DNA from: an uncultured bacterium
GTDB taxonomy: Bacteria > Zixibacteria > MSB-5A5 > CAIYYT01
Reading direction: 5' to 3'
DNA length: 64,000 nt
Assembly: GCA_963698225.1 (NCBI GenBank)
Contig: CAVOPW010000003.1
Coordinates: 24,482-88,481 of the forward strand
The translations under genes and the position numbers were made by a program. Positions 59,281 to 64,000 of this stretch are shown in pieces. Numbering within the stretch: the stretch's first letter is position 1; the number at the start of each line of letters is the position of its first letter. The notes beneath the pieces are model-generated. The model saw nothing but the letters and a program-made list of their open reading frames with translations. It was not told the origin of the DNA and did not search any database.

Positions 59281-61791
59281 ATGAGCACCGATCACGAAAC
59301 GAGAGGCGAGCCCCGCTCGGGGTATGACTTTGCTGCTATTGAAGCAAAGTGGCAAAGGCGCTGGGAGGAACAAAAACTGTTCCGGGCTCCGGATATGCCC
59401 CGGGAAAAGTACTATCTCCTGGTGATGTTCGCCTATCCGTCCGGCGACATTCACATGGGCCATTTTCGCAATTACATTATTGGCGACGCCATAGCGCGTT
59501 ACCAGTGGATGCTGGGCAAAGACGTGCTTCACCCGTTTGGTTGGGACGCCTTTGGGCTGCCTGCAGAACAAGCGGCGATCAAGCGCGGATTGCACCCGGC
59601 GGAATGGACCGTAAAGAATATCGAAGTCTCGCGAAATACGTTGAAAAAAGTCGGGATTTCGTTCGATTGGGATCGTGAAATTGCCTCGTGTTTCCCGGAT
59701 TACTATCGCTGGAGCCAGTGGATCTTCCTGAAGATGTACGAGCGCGGTTTGGCCTATCGCAAGGACTCGCTTGTCAATTTCTGCACCACCTGCAATACGG
59801 TACTTGCGAATGAACAGGTTGAAGACGGTGCCTGCTGGAGGTGCCACAATCCGGTCAGCAAAAAGCGGCTGAATCAATGGTATCTGAAGATCACGGAATA
59901 TGCGGACCGGCTGTTGGAGGGTCTCGATCACCTTGATGGCTGGTCGGAGCGGCTGAAGACCATCCAGCGCAACTGGATCGGTAAATCAAGCGGTAGCGAG
60001 GTCAAGTTCAAGCTTGAAGGTTCTGACTGCGAGATTCCAGTTTTCACGACGCGGCCAGATACGATTTTTGGCGTGACCTTTATGGCGATTGCTCCGGAAG
60101 CGGAACTGCTTGAAAATCTGGCGATACCAGGCGACCGTCAGAAGATTGTGACGGAGTATATCACCAAGTCCGTTGCCAAATCGGAAATCGAGCGCCTGGC
60201 TGTTACTGATGACAAAGACGGTGTGTTCACCGGCCTTTACGCGATTAATCCATTTTCCGGGGACAGGGTGCAGCTGTGGATTGCCGACTATGTATTGGCG
60301 TCCTACGGCACCGGGGTTGTCATGGGTGTGCCGGCACATGATCAGCGCGACTTCTTGTTTGCAAAGAAGTACGGAGTGCCAATAAAGGTCGTCATCAAAC
60401 CAGTTGGCGGAGATGAGCCGGTTGCCAAGGTGATGACGGAGGCGTTTACCGAAAAGGGAGAAATGATCAACTCCGGTCAGTTTAACGGACGCGTCGGAGT
60501 CGATGGTATTGATGCCGTGATCAACTATGCGGAATCGAAGAACCTGGGCACGCGCAAAGTCAACTTCAAGCTGCGTGACTGGCTGATATCACGCCAGCGG
60601 TATTGGGGAACGCCGATTCCGATCATTCACTGCCCGAATTGCGGCGAAGTTGCAGTTGCTTATGACGACCTGCCAGTGGAACTGCCGACCCAGGGTGTGG
60701 ATTACATCCCGAAGGGGCGCTCGCCCTTAGCCGATGCAACCGAATGGGTAAATGTAAGATGCCCGAAGTGTGGTGGTCCCGCCCAACGCGACCCCGACAC
60801 AATGGACACGTTCATTTGCTCGTCCTGGTACATGCTGCGCTACACCGATAACAAAAATGACAAGGCGCCATACGATGTTGCCAAGTGCGATGCCTGGATG
60901 CCGATCGATCTCTACATCGGCGGAATCACGCACGCTACCGGACATTTGATCTATTTCCGGTTCTTTACAAAGTTTCTGCATGATATCGGCATGTCCAAAT
61001 ATCAAGAGCCGGCAATTCGCATGTTCAATCACGGGATGGTGAGTGACGCTGAAGGTCGAGTAATGTCCAAGTCGCTGGGCAACGTAGTTAGCCCGATTGA
61101 CGTAATGAAGGAGCGGGGAGTCGATATTTCCCGTCTGGCGATGTATTTTGCCGCTCCAGCCGACCGGGAGATACCGTGGTCGAATGACGGTCTCATCGGT
61201 GTAGAACGATTCCTTAATAAGTTGTATCGCATCGTCGAACAGGTCGCGAAAGCGTTCCCGCGCGCCGTCGATCTTTCTGGTAAGTACGAGCTGACAAATA
61301 TGAGTGCGGACGCCAGGCTGTCCTACACAAAGCTCAATCAGACCATCAAGAAAGTCACCGAAGACCTTGAACAACTGCAGTTTAATACCAGCATTGCCGC
61401 TATCATGGAGTTCTTCGGGTCGTACCAGCCATCTGGAGGAGCCGGTGCCGAATTCGACAAGTATGTGTGCAGCAAGATCGTTCAGACGATTGCGCCACTG
61501 GCACCGCATTTCGCAGAAGAAGCGTGGGAGATGTTTGGCAATAAAGAATCGATCCTGAAGTCGACGTGGCCCAAGTTCGATGCAGGAGCGATCTCGTTTG
61601 AAACGGTTATCGTTGCTGTCCAGATCAATGGAAAAGTGCGGGATGAGATTGAAGTCGACCGCAACGCCGACGAAGAGGCGGTCAAAACGCTGGCGCTGTC
61701 CCGTGAGAAAGTGCAAAGGAATATTGAGGGCAAAACCATCGTGAAGGTCATTTTCGTAAAGGGCAAGCTCTTGAGTATTGTGGTCAAGTAG
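59281..61791 (+). CDS. leuS: Leucine--tRNA ligase
   Basis: HIGH (PSGDIHMGH), KMSKS (VMSKSLGN) and zinc-knuckle Cys pairs. 836 aa. Confidence 0.95.
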   Translation: MSTDHETRGEPRSGYDFAAIEAKWQRRWEEQKLFRAPDMPREKYYLLVMFAYPSGDIHMGHFRNYIIGDAIARYQWMLGKDVLHPFGWDAFGLPAEQAAIKRGLHPAEWTVKNIEVSRNTLKKVGISFDWDREIASCFPDYYRWSQWIFLKMYERGLAYRKDSLVNFCTTCNTVLANEQVEDGACWRCHNPVSKKRLNQWYLKITEYADRLLEGLDHLDGWSERLKTIQRNWIGKSSGSEVKFKLEGSDCEIPVFTTRPDTIFGVTFMAIAPEAELLENLAIPGDRQKIVTEYITKSVAKSEIERLAVTDDKDGVFTGLYAINPFSGDRVQLWIADYVLASYGTGVVMGVPAHDQRDFLFAKKYGVPIKVVIKPVGGDEPVAKVMTEAFTEKGEMINSGQFNGRVGVDGIDAVINYAESKNLGTRKVNFKLRDWLISRQRYWGTPIPIIHCPNCGEVAVAYDDLPVELPTQGVDYIPKGRSPLADATEWVNVRCPKCGGPAQRDPDTMDTFICSSWYMLRYTDNKNDKAPYDVAKCDAWMPIDLYIGGITHATGHLIYFRFFTKFLHDIGMSKYQEPAIRMFNHGMVSDAEGRVMSKSLGNVVSPIDVMKERGVDISRLAMYFAAPADREIPWSNDGLIGVERFLNKLYRIVEQVAKAFPRAVDLSGKYELTNMSADARLSYTKLNQTIKKVTEDLEQLQFNTSIAAIMEFFGSYQPSGGAGAEFDKYVCSKIVQTIAPLAPHFAEEAWEMFGNKESILKSTWPKFDAGAISFETVIVAVQINGKVRDEIEVDRNADEEAVKTLALSREKVQRNIEGKTIVKVIFVKGKLLSIVVK

Positions 61792-62080
61792 GAACCAAGT
61801 AGAAATAGGGGCTGTAGAGGAACGAAAGAGCCTTGTTGGCTCGATCTGCGATATTTATATAATATATATTATCAGACGCTACGCGGATGACTGAACCCGG
61901 GCTTTTGGGCGCCGCTCTCTCAATTACCTGCCCACACGCTATTGCCCTGCTCCCATACAATTGGCATTTTGCCATACTCTCGAACAGAGGAATTCGAAAA
62001 TCTGACACCTCTATGATGCTGTGGATCAAGACGTTAGCGCGCTTGACTACAAGCGTAGATTTCCGGCGCGGGATTTGCAG

Positions 62081-62088
62081 TGCTAAAT
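62081..62088 (+). promoter_or_regulatory. Candidate extended -10 element (TGCTAAAT) upstream of the minor pilin genes
   Basis: TGnTAAAT lies about 30 nt upstream of the pilV-like ATG. It is preceded by an AT-rich tract (atatttatataatatatatt) just after leuS. Confidence 0.25.
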
Positions 62089-62116
62089 GCGGACGATGAA
62101 AACTATGAGGTTGAAA

Positions 62117-62476
62117 ATGAAGATACGATCGCAAGACGGTTTTACCCTACTGGAAGTAATGATGGGCCTGGTGATCTTCACTCTCGGGCTATTGCTTCTC
62201 AGTTCGATGATGGTAGTGGCGATTCGCGGAAACGTGTGGTCTGACAAGACCACTCAAATCGTTCAGGCGACGCGGGAGAAAGTTGAGGAGTTTCGCAGGC
62301 TACCTGATGAGGATATGGCGAGCGGTTCGGATGTTCGCGGCGTTATGAGCCGTAGCTGGGAAGTTTCTGACGTGGACGCGAATCTAAAGCAACTTACGGT
62401 TGTTGTCGGCTATACAGACGAGAAAGCGGTCGCGAAGGTATGCACGACCATAACCTATATTCAGGTAGGTGAATAA
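62117..62476 (+). CDS. Type IV pilus minor pilin / pseudopilin (PilV-like), prepilin-type N-terminal methylation domain
   Basis: MKIRSQDG|FTLLEVMMGLVIFTLGLLLL is a class III signal (G-F-T-L-L-E). Short, about 120 aa. Start taken at Met11 of track ORF 62087. Confidence 0.6.
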   Translation: MKIRSQDGFTLLEVMMGLVIFTLGLLLLSSMMVVAIRGNVWSDKTTQIVQATREKVEEFRRLPDEDMASGSDVRGVMSRSWEVSDVDANLKQLTVVVGYTDEKAVAKVCTTITYIQVGE

Positions 62477-62477
62477 C

Positions 62478-63305
62478 ATGGCACAGCTAATTAAATACTT
62501 TAAGGGCACGCGTCGTTCACGCGGCTTTACAATCGTTGAGGTTCTGGTAGCTTCGATCATTGCCTCGCTTGCTATAGCTGCGGGCATGCAATTGCTGATC
62601 AGCCAGAACCAGAACCACTTGATTCAGGCCGGCGTAACGGATATGCAGCAGAATGGGCGCGCTACTGTCGATCAGCTGGTTGGCAAGATTCGCCAAACGG
62701 GATACAGGTTGGAACCGGGAATGAACGCACTTCTTGCCTGGAATTCTAATCCTGATACGATTGCGGTTATATTCATGGCGGAACCCCTCTGTTCGGCGTC
62801 ATTGAGCGAGAACATGTCCCAGGCTACATCCGAGATTCGCTGCGAGGACGCGGACATTAGTTGCCTGGTCACCGATTCGTGGGCTTACATTTACGACCCC
62901 GTCAAGGATTCAGGCGAGTTCTTCTTCGTGACCGGATCTGATGCCGGTACCGGTATCATTCACCACAACCTGGCAAGCTTGTCCAAGGCATACTCGCAGG
63001 GGGCGCGAGTCTTTGTCCTTGATTTCTACAAGTATTACGTGGATGCCAGCGACACCTTGCATTCAAATCTGATGATGATCAAGAACGGTGCCGATCCGGT
63101 GGTCTATGCCGACAATATCACCGATCTGCAGTTCCGGTACGTGCTTGCCAACGGAGCTGTAGTGGATTCGGTAGTTATTGACCGCTACGTTCGTGAAGTC
63201 CAGGTGGCGGTTGTTGCCCGTTCGGACCGGAACGATCAATTCCTGAACGATTTTCGATATGACACGCTGCGATCCAGCGCAATGCTTAGAAATCTTTCGA
63301 TGTAA
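62478..63305 (+). CDS. Type IV pilus assembly protein PilW-like minor pilin
   Basis: ...RRSRG|FTIVEVLVASIIASLAIAAGMQLL prepilin N-terminus. About 275 aa, typical of PilW. Confidence 0.55.
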   Translation: MAQLIKYFKGTRRSRGFTIVEVLVASIIASLAIAAGMQLLISQNQNHLIQAGVTDMQQNGRATVDQLVGKIRQTGYRLEPGMNALLAWNSNPDTIAVIFMAEPLCSASLSENMSQATSEIRCEDADISCLVTDSWAYIYDPVKDSGEFFFVTGSDAGTGIIHHNLASLSKAYSQGARVFVLDFYKYYVDASDTLHSNLMMIKNGADPVVYADNITDLQFRYVLANGAVVDSVVIDRYVREVQVAVVARSDRNDQFLNDFRYDTLRSSAMLRNLSM

Positions 63306-63318
63306 CAAGCGAGGTATC

Positions 63319-64000
63319 ATGTTTACAAGATTATCGCGCGAGTCCGGGTTTACCACACTGATATTTCTTTCGCTGTTGTTGATGTTGTCGCTTCTCGGCC
63401 TGAATGCGATCATGACATCGACGAACGAAGTAGATATCGCCGGGTATACGCTGAACTCGCAGGGCGCGCTCTATGCCGCCGAGGCCGGCCTTGAAAAAGG
63501 CAGCGCCTACATCACCAACTACTACAACAAGTTTGGCCGTCCGCCGTCGAGTTTGCCGGATGATTCCATTCAAATCGGCAAGTTCGCCGTGACCTACGAG
63601 ATCACCAAGCCTGGCGTCACGGTTTCAAAAACACTGACGCAGGGAGCCTATCGCGGGCTATACGCCCTTTCGGACGAGTATGTCATCACGGCCACGGCAA
63701 TTGCCCCCGGTGTCCACACGACGACATCGCTGCAGATGACGGTGGACGCTTCCGTCGTTCCGGTATATCAGTTCGCAGTGTTTTATGAGGATGATTTGGA
63801 AATCGCGCCTGGTCCGCAGATGACGCTGGGCGGACGCGTACACTCGAATAATGACATGTATCTGCAGTCAAATGTCTCGCTCAAGATCGACTCTTGGACT
63901 ACCGCGGCCGGCGACATTCTTTACGGCCGTCACCCGAATTCGGGAATGCCGGCCGGCGGCGGTACCGTTGAAATTAAGGACGGCACCGGAACTTACCGCA
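63319..64000 (+). CDS. PilX-like pilus assembly protein (N-terminal domain), 3' end beyond the window
   Basis: Frame open to the window end. RBS GAGG. Hydrophobic N-terminus ...GFTTLIFLSLLLMLSLLGLNAIM, then ...GALYAAEAGLEKG... resembling the PilX_N motif. Confidence 0.45.
   Translation, partial: MFTRLSRESGFTTLIFLSLLLMLSLLGLNAIMTSTNEVDIAGYTLNSQGALYAAEAGLEKGSAYITNYYNKFGRPPSSLPDDSIQIGKFAVTYEITKPGVTVSKTLTQGAYRGLYALSDEYVITATAIAPGVHTTTSLQMTVDASVVPVYQFAVFYEDDLEIAPGPQMTLGGRVHSNNDMYLQSNVSLKIDSWTTAAGDILYGRHPNSGMPAGGGTVEIKDGTGTYR

Noticed and set aside
61955-61975. TTGGCATTTTGCCATA resembling a sigma54 -24/-12 element upstream of the pilin genes
   Set aside because: The GG-to-GC spacing is wrong (TGGCAT immediately followed by TTGC). 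It does not fit the TGGCAC-N5-TTGC geometry.

Overview
This is a high-GC (about 56-58%) chromosomal segment with almost no non-coding space. I think it comes from an uncultivated FCB-superphylum-type bacterium: it carries a T9SS C-terminal sorting domain, GWxTD-domain proteins, DUF1573/ASH-like CGC-motif proteins and PEP-CTERM/XrtA-type EPS genes, and uses AGGAGG-type ribosome-binding sites. Gene order along the window is as follows. (1) A partial EPS locus with a Wzz-like chain-length determinant 3' fragment, a TPR protein, a BY-kinase ATPase and an XrtA-associated polysaccharide deacetylase. (2) A T9SS-sorted secreted protein. (3) A four-gene envelope cluster: a Gly-rich/HEAT-repeat protein, an outer-membrane protein with peptidase-MA-like, TolB-like beta-propeller and beta-barrel domains, a small membrane protein, and a BamB-like PQQ beta-propeller lipoprotein. 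(4) hsp20-dnaK behind sigma54-type promoters. (5) Two paralogous dockerin-like secreted proteins. (6) dtd-maf-rodZ. (7) smc-ftsY-yjbQ-rlmH. (8) A large zinc-ribbon/TPR membrane protein. (9) A Yip1 protein, TolC-MacA-MacB and two FtsX permeases, then two GWxTD proteins and an alpha/beta hydrolase. (10) A tandem array of four DUF1573-like paralogs. (11) lexA with a palindromic operator inside a near-consensus promoter. (12) sthA. (13) The conserved rimP-nusA-infB-DUF503-rbfA-nrnA-truB-ribF-rpsO-pnp-M16 peptidase block, then a deacetylase, asnS and leuS. (14) Type IV minor-pilin genes (PilV/W/X-like) running off the 3' end. I found no rRNA, tRNA, CRISPR, transposase or integrase. A striking feature is at least ten single-base, mostly homopolymer-associated, frameshifts that split conserved genes (dnaK, maf, tolC-like, macB-type permease, both GWxTD genes and others). 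They look like assembly or sequencing indels rather than real pseudogenes. There is also one in-frame TGA at a conserved Cys of a DUF1573 paralog. The ORF-track coordinates and my own counting in the sequence differ by 1-2 nt in places, so positions of regulatory sites are approximate (within a few nt).
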